DNA of 64,000 bases from Takakia lepidozioides (lineage: Eukaryota; Plantae; Bryophyta), in the NCBI GenBank assembly GCA_030704615.1, contig CM060731.1:60388001-60452000 (forward strand), written 5' to 3'. Shown one piece after another: positions 36,672-48,338 of this stretch (within the stretch, counting starts at the first letter, position 1; each line of letters opens with the position of its first letter). Below the pieces are notes generated by a model. That model was given only the letters and a program-made list of their open reading frames with translations, was not told the origin of the DNA and did no database searches. Both the position numbers and the translations under genes were made by a program.

Positions 36672-39600
36672 TCTGCTGCAATCGCATTCCACTCTTTCGC
36701 TGCTCCTACCTTCCCACCATGCTCACCTTCCTTGCAACCCACTCATCTTCGCTTCCGCATAGCCACCTTCTTCCATCATCTTTCACAGCGGTGTGCCACA
36801 TCCAGAACGAGCCCAAGGGATTCATCCGTAGCATCATTTTAGCATATTCCGGTCAGATTGAACGAGTTTACGGTCGTCCCTAAGGGGTGCTTACAGACGG
36901 AATTCAAAAACTTGCTTTGCTGCCATGGGATTTTGCAGCGCACGCTTTCTATTGGGGTCGGAAATTTGGAATGGGGAAGAACAAAGACAAAGAAGGAACT
37001 GGAATGCATCACATCTTCTATGGCTCGAGCGAGAAGAAAGAAATCACCAGTCACTCTAGATGCAGAGATTTGAATTGCTTCGTCTAGATAAAACTGTGCA
37101 ATTTCACATCTCGCTTTGATGCAAAAAGGAGTATGGTCCACGGGATCTGTGAGAATCTTATGTACATCAAGGTACGGTAGGGGCAGCCAAACCAAGTTAC
37201 TCTGTGGCAGTCAGAGGACCCTTCTTGTAAATTATCACTGATCCAAACAGAGAAATCAACGTGTGCAATCCTTCATGAAATGACGGATGTACTTGAAGGG
37301 GAAGGAATCCGAAGGGTGCCGTGCTGGAATGTCAAGTCGACAGCAACCCACCATCCGGATCGAGGTAGCGCACTTCTGAAAATCTGCCACAAATTCCATC
37401 ACTCTATCTAGAGCTGACTTGCCCGCATTCAACAGAACCGGAATCCAATTCCAAAACTGAGTACTAGTAAGAATCCTCCCTGTGCAGCGAAACCCGTTTG
37501 TCAACCGATTTAATCCAAACACCCGTCTTGCACACCTACGATAACGCTTCTGAGGTTGTTAGTACCCCTTGGACTCTTCTCGTTCCTCGAGCACTTGATG
37601 TCCCTGATTTCTCCCATTTCCCCCGCCGCTTTCGTTCAAGGAGATTCATAAGAGGAGTACTTCCTTCTACTTGGAACTAGTAGTCTTGGTTGTCAAATGT
37701 TTCCACTTTGTCCACAATGATGTTCAAGATCGTGCAAACGTTTAAACCAAGAACTGAGATCTCAGTGCCCTCGACTGATCATCACAAGTGTTGATCTCAA
37801 CCCTTCTGGTTCGGGTAGACCTCAAGTAGATTGTGAAAATTTGACTTCAGATGATTTGGTGAACTCAAGAGCAGACTTCTTCACCTAACGAGCTGAATTA
37901 TTGGAACTAATAAGAATTGACTGGGTACGCTGGTACATCTACAATATGAGTACGACGTTGCAACTGAGAACTAAATATGTCAACTGAAGGTGCAGGTCTC
38001 GCTGAGGATGACGAGCAGACATGATCCCAAATGCACTCTTCAGCATAATGCTCAAGATAGTCCTGGAGCTTACCTTAGATCCTCCTTAGATCGCAAATAG
38101 TGACTGCCACCTGCACGACATGGTCCGGTTGAAAATGTTTGGGACACGCGATCTCACCAGTACAGTAACCCGTTTGTCCATCACAACCTTTCGATCTGGA
38201 CATCGTTGCAAGAACATGACGAAGCTGTAGTGAGCACTCATTCATGCTAACCTCCTCCAGCTGAGCCGTGCCTATGAACTTAGATTCGCCTCCAAAATCA
38301 GCCTGACTGACAAACCCCTGCGGAAAGTGTTAACCGCAGCTTTATGATAGTGCAAGTTATTTGAATAGAGCTCTCGACGGTTCTACAGGAGCGCAACGTG
38401 TTCGTATACGTGCACGCGTGTCCTTCTTGGCTACACAAGTGAAGAAACTGACCAGTATTGCTCCATCTCCATGAATTCGCTCGAAAAATGTCGAGCATGC
38501 TACACACATCGAGGTCACATGTCACCTGTACAGTTTCAATGTAGACGGAATCTATTTTCGTGAAATGACGTACACATGCAAAGAGAGGAAAACGGATTCA
38601 CGTGATGGGTGAGCTGATCAAGGTTCCCTTCAAGGACCTTCCGTCAGTACATGTAGATAGATCTTTATCCCTGAACCCCATGTCCACACTCTGCCTGCAG
38701 GCAAGTTGAGCAATTGCTATGTACATCGTTGTTGAAGGGACTCGTGACAGTACAATATAAATCAACTGTATTTACGATCGTCTCGCCTAGGTGGCTCCAG
38801 GTGCAGATAACCATATACCATTTACTGTCATAGCAGATCTATACACGGAGCAGCTGACTCTGACAAGTGCGTCCAAAAACGGGAGATTGATATCATGTTG
38901 CCCCCGCGACTGCACTGCACGAGCTTTCAGGTATTGCGAGGGAGCGAGACTGGACAAAATCCATTTCGTGCTGATTCTTTGTTCAGAGCTCTGCCTATAT
39001 TTGATGAGTTCTGGTCAACTGTTGATCAATTAGACTCGCAGATTCCAGTACTGGTTGAGGAGAGTGATATTGTTCAAGTGGGTCAAGCAGCACTTGCATT
39101 TTAGCTAAGAGAGAAATCCCGGTGAGATAGAAGCAAGGCCGCTGCCTCATTGCAGTTACTCCACTCTGGTAGTTGCTTACCTGGCGTCGTAACGAGTATG
39201 ATGCGATCGCGGCGGCCAAGACTTGTGAGATACGAGATGGATAGAAAAGCAAGACATGTCGTGGATGAATGCGTGAAACAAAAAGAAACAGACAATCTTG
39301 AAGAAGGATCCGAGAGCTCGTCGATTCCATGGGGTTAACTGGGAACCAAGTTTTCCGAAACAGGCCGTAGCCTGTAGTGGGTTGCCGAAGCCGGTAAGTT
39401 TACCAGCATGGCAGCTACCAGTATTCTGTGCACAGCCTTCTCTCGCACATCTCTCTCTCTCTCTCGCATCCTTGAAGGCTCCATGTATCTATAGATACAT
39501 GTAAAGGTCTCTCTTTGGTTGTGCCGATGCATCGACCTTACCTCGTGGTTTACAAGAGTCTACCCTCCACCCACTCGTGGCCTCCAATTTCTTTGAACAA

Positions 39601-40053
39601 TCTGGTCGGGCCTTGAAAATGGTTGTGCGGTTTTTGGGTCTTTCAGTCATGTTGGATCTCTAACAAACCCGCGGTTTTAATATCGATAGCATGGTGATGG
39701 CCTACACGTTTGTAGAGAATCGAGGTCCGACATCTCGTGCTCAGCTTGTGCAGCGGGTGCTGATGAATTCCTCCAAAATGGTTCTTCTCTCAGGGTCTAA
39801 ACTTGTCGGTCTCTCCCGTTTTGTCTATCAGTTAGCCGAATCCGATGCTCCGTTTAGGTTATTGTACGCACGTACTTTGTAACAACAGGGGCCTCGGATC
39901 TCAGGTCGGGCCGACTCATATTTTGAACAATTCTTGCTAGTTTCTCTCCCGCCTCGACTCTCTTTCCCCATTTTCAAGCGCAACCTTTCTTTCCTAAATC
40001 CCTGTAGATCTGTCTCTAGTTGGGTCCCTTGTGTGCGTTGAAGCCTGTAAAGA

Positions 40054-43000
40054 ATGGGTCCGGGAGGGGCGTTGCCGTCGTTTCATGACGCATATCTTGA
40101 GATATTGCAGCAATTGGACACGCTAAAACGCGCACATGCTTTACACACGAGATCTCCAGAGCCAGGGAAGTTGTTCTTGGAACCAGGTGATGCGAGCGAG
40201 CGACGAAGAGATACCTGGAGAGGCAATGAGACCTCTGAGGCTCGCAAATTGGTTGCAGTATCTCGTGTTGTGGTAGAGTTAGGCGGCCTGCAGAGCGAAA
40301 GCGGTCATGGGTCGCAGGTTCAGACGGGCGGGGGGCAGTGTAAGGCGTCGCCTGTCACACCGTCTTTCGAGAAACTTTTGTGTCATGGGAAACACCAGAT
40401 TGAACCACATCCCCACAGGGAGGAAAAGGATTCGGGTCGTTCCGATTCCAACAGACACCGCAACGAAACAAAAGATCCTTGCTTTTACAAAGATGTGGAC
40501 GGAAGAGGGAGCGGTAAGGACCAGAGGACCTGTGGTGAAGATGAGGATCAAGTGAGGGAGGAGGTAAAGGAAAAAATGGAGAAGGAGACAGAAAGAGAGA
40601 GTGCAGAAACAGACGAGATCATGCCCGACTCACGTGCAGTGGACTTTGAGTTCGAAAGAAAAATTAATGGAGCTTCGAGAGACGTCAATCTAGACCAATG
40701 TGCAAGGGGCCAGGCTGAGAAGGAAGAAGGTGAGGAATACCCCCTTCGGATGGGCAGCAATATCTACGCAGGTACCGAGAGGGAGGCTGGCGGCCGGAGG
40801 CATTCGATGCGGCTGGAACTTCGAAACGAAACAGTGAAGAGAGAGGCCCGTCGGGAGGTGTATAAAGAGCTCAAGAATGTATTGGGCGGGTATATACCAT
40901 TGGAGGAGGATGAGACTGGAGACCTACGACACACAGTCATAACGCAGATTGGGCACTTCATGCGGGACCACTATGATGTGTTGCAGCGGGAGGAGAACAG
41001 GAGCGATGCCTTGAAAGAGGCGCTGACCAGAGAGCATAAAGAAAATGAGCACTTACGCAGTGACAACAGCGCACTACAATATAAACTGGATGTCTTTCTC
41101 TCCACTGTGCAACAGGGCAGTTTGTATGTTTCCCCCTTGGCTTCCTTTTCTGAGTGAATTTACACATATCTCCTCATTCCTCCGTGTGAATTTCTGAAGC
41201 TTGCATATATTTGTTTCTCCCATGTGAGGCTAAAATCAACTTGGGCCTCCATGCACCTTTGGAGAGGTTCCTGGACTTCCATTGTTTATTTTGAGACTGT
41301 CAAACCTCTAATTGGTTTACTTTAGCTTCTGTTTTCGTCGTTGACTGAGTAGCTTACTATAGCTTTTGTTTTTTTCTCTAGCTGAGTAGCTTACTATAGC
41401 TTTTTGTTTTCTTCTCTTGTTCCTTAATCGTCCCCCCCCTTTTTGGGAACATCGTATGCACGTTCACCCATTGGACATGTTGTAAATAAAGTCTTACAGG
41501 GTTTCATCTAATTGACAGTCTGATGAAGAGGTTTATATAAGGTTCAATGCTCCAGGTTGCATGCAAGCCAGTTTGTCACAGGATTATGTTTCTGCCATTC
41601 AAGTTCTTTACGTATGTAAGCCAGTAACAACTACAATGAATGTAAATCGACGAACTGAACAATGATTCATGTTCATTGTGTGCATGCGAAGAAGGTGCGA
41701 ACATTGTCGATCAGTTTGTCACAAGCTCATCAAAGAAAAATGCATACAGAGAGGTGTTACGCCTCTCAAGAAGCAAAAGGCAGTAACTGTGTCTGCACCA
41801 GAAGTCGGGGAGGAAGTTGCTGCGGAAGTGATGCGCTCCTTGTCCAGGACCCAAAAGCATCAGTCCGCCACCGCCAATTCTGTAGTGCAAAGGTTGATGG
41901 CTGCTTCTGTAACACCTATCCGGCCTAAACAGGGAAACGATTTTAAGAGCCCAGGAGTTTCAGCAGGTAGGTCCTTATTTGAAGCGGGCTTAAAAATTCC
42001 AATTAGCACGGCAAGCTGGTTCCGTTTAGGTGATGGCGAAGTAATATCAAAGAGAAAGAGAGGACCCGAAGTCTTTGATCCTCTCGAGGGAGGGAAAGAC
42101 ATGGTGGAGAAGAGCAAATGGTTGTCTGATGTTGAGAGGGAGCTAGTGGAAAGAAAAGGTGCACCCTCACATGCAGAACTACGAAGATCGTCAAGGCTTT
42201 CCCAGGTCAAAAGGTTTATTCGACATCACAAGCGCCCCAGAGATGATGGTGATAGTGACAGTGATAGTGACAGAATGATAATGGTATTGAGAAGAGCAGA
42301 CAAGAGAGATATGCTATGTATGAAAGAGAACACACGTAGCAAGGAGCATGATGAATTGGTGGTGTCCACTGCTGTAGAGGGGGGTCTACATTCGCATTCT
42401 CGACAACAGGAAGGGGAGGCAAATAAGAACGGTGATTATCCATCGATAACGGACGGAACAGCTGGGAAGAAAGAGTCTTTGGACAAAATGATTGAATCTA
42501 CTACAGAGGCCCGGGCACTTATTAGTGGGTGTGGTCCAGAGCTGGAAGATGAGGCTGGGCAACAGGAAGACGAGGGTGAGAAGGAAATGGACGAGGTAGG
42601 GGTGGGTAAGTACACGGAGTTCGAGTGTGGGGTCACCAGCAGAGTGGGGGAGACCAGCGGTGTTCTCCGTGTCTACGAATCGGGTGTGTTCCAGGTCTTC
42701 TGCCAGTGCTCTGTGGCTGGTTGTGTCAAAGGTCCGTTCCTGACCTTGTCCTTGTTAATCTGTTTGCCTGCGAATATAACTGGCTTCACATAACTGGTTC
42801 ACACAAGGGATACAGCATTCTTCTTCAAGGCTTTGATACATTCCAAGGTTGGTTGTGTGACAGGCAAGGCAATGACTCCATGGGCCTTCGAGAAACACGG
42901 AGGACGGGGAGCCTCCAAGAAATGGAAGGAATCGATCTGGATAAAGTCGGAAGATCAGAAAGTCCCTATCTCGCGTGTCAAGGAGCTTGATGGCTACATG

Positions 43001-43219
43001 CAAACCCACCAACGCCGCCGTGAGGGCAAGAAGATGCAATCTTACCCAAGTCAAGATGAGAGGCCTAAGACCCAACAAACTCATATAGATGAGTTCGTGA
43101 TGTGTATGAAATGCAAGAATCAGAGACGCTTCCCACGTCGCAATCCAGAGGAGCGTCGTCTCTACCACGCTGCCACTCTTGACCCCAAATGGGAGTGTGT
43201 CCATTGTCACTTTTCCTGA
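40054..43219 (+). CDS. ULTRAPETALA-like protein (SAND + Cys motif) with a long N-terminal extension; multi-exon
   Basis: EFECGVTSRVGETSGVLRVYESGVFQVFCQC, intron 42732-42863, MTPWAFEKHGGRGASKKWKESIW, HIDEFVMCMKCKNQRRF...WEC; linkage of 40054-41157 to this gene is uncertain. Confidence 0.7.
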
Positions 43220-43475
43220 TGACAACTTCGTCACTCTCTGCAGTTCCGAACTACCGACCTTCATTGAGTTTCAAATTCCTGCCACTGAATATGCTCTGCT
43301 CCTGAGTGCAATCATGCTTAGAATTATTACATGAGTTCAATGGGTTTTCCTTACATTATCTTAGTAATCTCCAAGATTGTGGGCATTGTATGAGTGCAAT
43401 TGTATAGGATTAAAACAATTAGGGAGAAGTGATAACGGAACAGCCTGCCATGCAATACAATCCTCTCTCAGTTCC

Positions 43476-44091
43476 AACTTACAGACCTCTGAGCCATCTG
43501 CAGACTTACTGTCAGCTCCTTTCAAAAGAAATCATGACTAGAAAAGCTCACGGAGGGTTCTAATAAATCACTATTCTGACAGATGAAGGATGGTGCTGCA
43601 AAACCACTTGTGTGAGGACACAGATTTGCTATTGAAGATCGCCCAAAAACTTCCTACACAAGATGGAATAGCTACTCCTGACACCAAGATGACCCTTCGA
43701 GGTTCCAACAACAAGTCAAGACTTCAGAATGTAGGAGGGTGCAGGCACAGAGTTTGCATTGGAACTGGAACAGTATCCCCGCCACTGCATCCAACACTCT
43801 GGTTGAATGGGATGAGGGCAACCAAACTTCGAGAAGGCCGACTCACTGTGGGGTCTCTGGCACGGCTACAGCTGTTGAGTAGATAGTTGTAGAAAACAAG
43901 TGTCGGTGGCCCTTCCTGTGATGCCATTTTGGGAAGAATCGGACAAGCCACATCTTCTTTCCGCAGCGTTACAACTCGAGAGACATGGCGTGTCAAGCCT
44001 CAATTCTTTCATTTTGCTTGTCTGTTGGTCCCTTGCCGCTTGTTTCAAGTTCTGTGTGCACACAATTACTGCCTTGTAAACACTTTCCATG
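43476..44091 (-). pseudogene. Partial genomic duplicate of the PPR gene (exon parts plus introns of 34963-35567)
   Basis: Collinear match including intron sequence, e.g. CTCCTTTCAAAAGAAA.CATGACTAGAAAAGCTC and TGTAAACACTTTCCATG. Confidence 0.9.
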
Positions 44092-44315
44092 TTAATTAGT
44101 CAACATAGATAGAAGCAAACACTGGATTTCATACCGACATTTGTCTATATTCTCATAGACCTGGCGACATGTATTTGTTTTTTATTTCATTATGTATAGG
44201 GGAAAGTCCTGAGTGGAGGGCATTATTGGATTTAAGGGCCCCAAGCTGAGGCGGCAGCCTGAGGCGCGGGCCTGAAAATCCAGTAATGCCTGATGGCTTT
44301 CCCTTGCGTAAAGAA

Positions 44316-45082
44316 GGGGGGTGGTATCCTGTGAGCAGGAGTGTGAGCACAACCCACGGTCATGGGAGTTTTATGTTTTTTTAACCTCAGTCATAGGAGT
44401 GATATGTTTTCAAAACGGAATAAAACCATAAGCGGGTATAGTTTTTGGTGCATTTGTACAGTATATCTGCGCCGATTCAATGAGGCGAAACCTTCAGTAG
44501 TGTCACCAAAAACCCTAAATCTATAGCAGCGGCGCTGAATTTCGCACTGAGAAATTATATGTGCTATGGGCACAAACTGAATTCGCAGTGAGAGATGATA
44601 GTTTAGGTGAATTTCGCATTGAGAAATTATATGTGCTATGGGCACAAACTGAATTTCACAGTGAGAAATGATAGTTAGGTGGTGAATTCGCAGTGAGAGA
44701 TGATAGTTTAGGTGAATTTCGCATTGAGAAATTATATGTGCTATGGGCACAAACTGAATTTCACAGTGAGAAATGATAGTTAGGTGAATTTCGCACTGAG
44801 AAATTATATGTGCTATGGCCACAAACTTAATTTCGCATAGAGAAATGATATGTGATATGGGCACAAACCTAAGGAGCGGTGGGTTTTGCATTGAGAAAAA
44901 GCCACGCCTATAGGGTACATGTTCATCAAATATAGGGGCTACTTGTTCTTTATATGTTCGTTTTGCATAATTGTCAGTGTCGCCAATTTCATTTCGTTGC
45001 GGAAGCTTCACGGAAATTTCCCAAATATTCGGGGAATATGCCCTTGTGCTCACGTGAGAGTGCTCACACTCTACCCAACCTC
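44316..45082 (+). mobile_element. Non-autonomous Mutator-like element with 9-bp TSD
   Basis: TSD CGTAAAGAA at 44307-44315 and 45083-45091; G...C termini; weak TIR with GTGAGCAC motifs. Confidence 0.8.
44535..44868. repeat. Tandem repeat inside the MULE-like element
   Basis: Alternating GAATTTCGCA.TGAGAAATTATATGTGCTATGGGCACAAACT and GAATTCGCAGTGAGAGATGATAGTTTAGGT units. Confidence 0.9.
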
Positions 45083-45164
45083 CGTAAAGAAATGGGTTGA
45101 TTTCTTTTTTCTTTTCATCCTTCTTTTATGCTTTCCCCCCATCGGTAGCTTCATGTTAGAAAAG

Positions 45165-45777
45165 GGGGATGGTATCCTGTGAGTAGAGCGGGAGCATGCT
45201 CATGTGCGCACGGCGTGAGCACAACCCACGATCATAGGGGTTGTATGTTTTTAAACCGCGGTCATAGGAATTACATGTTTTGAGGCACGGTGCATTTATA
45301 GGGTGCAGTTGCACCAAAACGATAAACTATCTGATCTATCTTTCAGTTTCGCATTGAGAAAATAAAATTGAGTAGAAGTTTGGGGAGTGAGAGTTTTAAT
45401 TTCGCATTGAGAAAATAAAATTAAGTAGGAGTTTCAGGAGTGAGAGTTTCGTCTCGATAAATTATCCATGGGATGTGACAACCTTTAAGGTCTCTTGGAG
45501 TCTCTGCGCCCTTTCTCAAGTCTATCATGGAAAGGGCCGAGTATCGGGTGAGCATAAAGGAAATCCCATGCCTATCGGATAACATGTTTATCATGTATAG
45601 GGGTTACTTGTTTCAGAAGTGTTGATGTGAGGGCCTATGTGAGCAGTTAAAAATAGTTTCGCAAATTTTTTAGTTTCTCAATTTTAGTTTCGCTGAAGAA
45701 TATTTGAAAGGCATATTAGGAATATGCAGTATATTCGCTTGTGCTCACGTGAGCATGCTCACTCGCTACCCAACCTT
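45165..45777 (+). mobile_element. Second copy of the MULE-like family
   Basis: Same ends (GGGGATGGTATCCTGTGAG...CTACCCAACCT); flanks TTAGAAAAG and TGAGAAAAG (8/9). Confidence 0.65.
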
Positions 45778-46210
45778 TGAGAAAAGATCTTGGAGGTGAG
45801 GATAAAGAAAAATTGTAGGTGTGCACTACGTGGGTGTGTAATGCACTGGTACTTGTGTGGCTGGCTATTACGACCTATAACGAGCAGATATTTACAAAAG
45901 AGAAATCAACTCTGGTTCTTTACGTAAATGTTGTTGTCTGCGGATAACTCATTTTCACATGCAATATTTGTCTTCGTGTCTATCATGTTCATGTTTGGTT
46001 CATGAGTGTCATATTGTAGCATTTGTTTGTGTTTGTGGTGTTGTAAGAAAAAATTGCCAAGCCACAAAAACCACTTTATTGTAATGCTAGAGTACTTCTC
46101 CGAGTTGTATCTATGACATGTAGTGGTATGTATGTTAGTAATAAAGTACTTAAGCATGGTGATGAATCATAAAATATATGACTAGAAATAATATCAACAG
46201 TTTTTATTTC

Positions 46211-46460
46211 TGGCAAATTTTCGCAATATTTTGACCTAAAAAATAAAATGGAATATTCTGTCGTAAATTCCTTGTTTTCTGATGGATGAAATCGCCAAAC
46301 TTCTCCAAATAAAATATAAATCATGGATGAATTTGCCAAATATGGATGATATACATGGATGAAAATACAGAGGAGGATGATTCTATCAAAATTTCAGTGG
46401 ATGAACAGAAAATATGGCTATTTCTTGCAAAACTCAGTAGCCACTCCTGTTATTTTCCAC
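46211..46460. repeat. About 250-bp dispersed repeat (copy 1)
   Basis: Matches 53479-53728; starts TGGC.AATTTTCGC.A; repeated TGGATGA. Confidence 0.8.
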
Positions 46461-48338
46461 TTTAAAAAAACACCACCATATAATACACTAAATAATCCCA
46501 TGTTCTAGTATATACAACACTGATCTTATTTGAGGTTTCTTTTAATTATTGGATCGTTTAGCATTAAAAAGTTCAAAAGTGCATAAGGGCAAGGTTGAAG
46601 AAATCAGAACTGAACTAAATTGCCACTGAACCTTGAAGTCCCGTTGACAACGATGCCGGTCCCCCTAGCTTGACTTCGCCAACGCCAAGCACTCTATCTT
46701 GAAGACGATCCCACTGGGCCACCCTGCACCCGCACCAAGCCCCTCACCAAGCCCCAACCTTCCTTGCATCCTGCCACTGCTCCCCTGTACTCCTATAGCA
46801 GCCACAACCACAACGACTAGTGAGTTGCTTGGCCCAGCCTCAAGATAGAAACGAACTACTCTCTGGCTCTGAAACCACGATGTTGAAAATACAGATTTGA
46901 AGCCACTAGTGAGTTGCTTCAAACCCCACCGCCATAATAGTTAGAACTATCTAGAAAGTCAACTAATGAGTTATGTAGAAACTAGAACTACGTAGAAAGC
47001 CCACGCCCTACATTTGTGGGGCCCACCGACTACACCCTATATTCATAGGGTCATGTGCTCCCTGCTTTTATTTCTTGACCATACTCGTGGCCTTACTGCA
47101 TAAGCCCCCACTCTAATTCCTAGACCACTCTAGAACACGGCCCGAATGAAAGTGCTCTACATATTATGTCAGTGGTATGTATGCAAGTATTATACTACTT
47201 GGGCATAATAATGAATCATAAAACAAACGACTGTAGAAATAACATCAACACCATGTAAATAATTTAAATTATTCCCCAACGACTGTTGTGATAAGCACTC
47301 CCAGTTGCATATATGACATATATAGCGTTGATCTAACGACTGTTGAAGTACAAATTTATCATAAATTTTAAAACGACTATTAAGTCAATCCTATCACTAA
47401 ACATGCACCAATAGGGTGAACAAGTATGAGTTGAGAGGACAACATATAACACTGCAACTGTGAAAGATGTATACTGCAAATAGAAAACAGTTGTGGAAGT
47501 TGTGGAAGTGTAGTTTCATGCTTCACATGCCATCAATACAAAGTGAACTCAGATTGCACTACATGGTATGTCAGTGAAGACTGTTGCAGAGGGGTTGTAT
47601 TGTACACAACAATATGACACCAGGAGACAATTCTCAAAAAGTTTCCATGTTGATTTGAAGAGAATTACACAGAATTCAGCTAACATACACAGTCCAATAG
47701 GACCATTTCCCAACAGGTAACATCCTGCAATATATGGATTAGGCCACTGCAAGGGTGGCCTCGACACAAGCAACACTGCGAAGATGCTGAAGCTGACGAA
47801 GTTCCACACAGACAAGGCCGGCGTGAATCACCCCCAGTGTGCTGCAAAGCCACAATTGAAATAGTCAGCTATTGTCATCCGTCCATCTCGCTGGGTTAAA
47901 TAGGTCTCATGTCGCCTGCTCCTAACTAGCTAGGTTATTACACTGCGCTGAAATGTCATCCACTAAATGATTCCTTCGAAACAAGAGGAAACTGGCTCTC
48001 CCACAGCAATTCAAGCTTGGGAGTCGTGGAGCAAAAAAGGAGGAAAAGAAATTATCATCCCTTCGAAGTTGCAGACTTTCGCTCCGCGTGCTGCTTCTTG
48101 ATAATCTGTCGGCCAGTGATAAAAGACAGGCTGGAGATAGGGTCCAAATTAACAGGTTCAAATCAGGGCTCAATGGGGATGGGCATGCATCCTCTCATCA
48201 CAAAGGTCCAGTGTATCCTAGTTCCAAATGAATGACCATGATGTGCCTCCTAACTGAGTCTCATCCCAACATTGCGATAGTGCACTTGATCCTCCTCTGC
48301 CCCCCAGATCGTTACTCCCGAACCAGAATTCAGCAACT

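Noticed and set aside
36840-39900. Possible additional gene from scattered short ORFs
   Set aside because: No recognisable domain or consistent exon chain could be built by eye
44391-45053. 220-aa repetitive ORF
   Set aside because: It is a translation of the tandem DNA repeat inside a non-autonomous element
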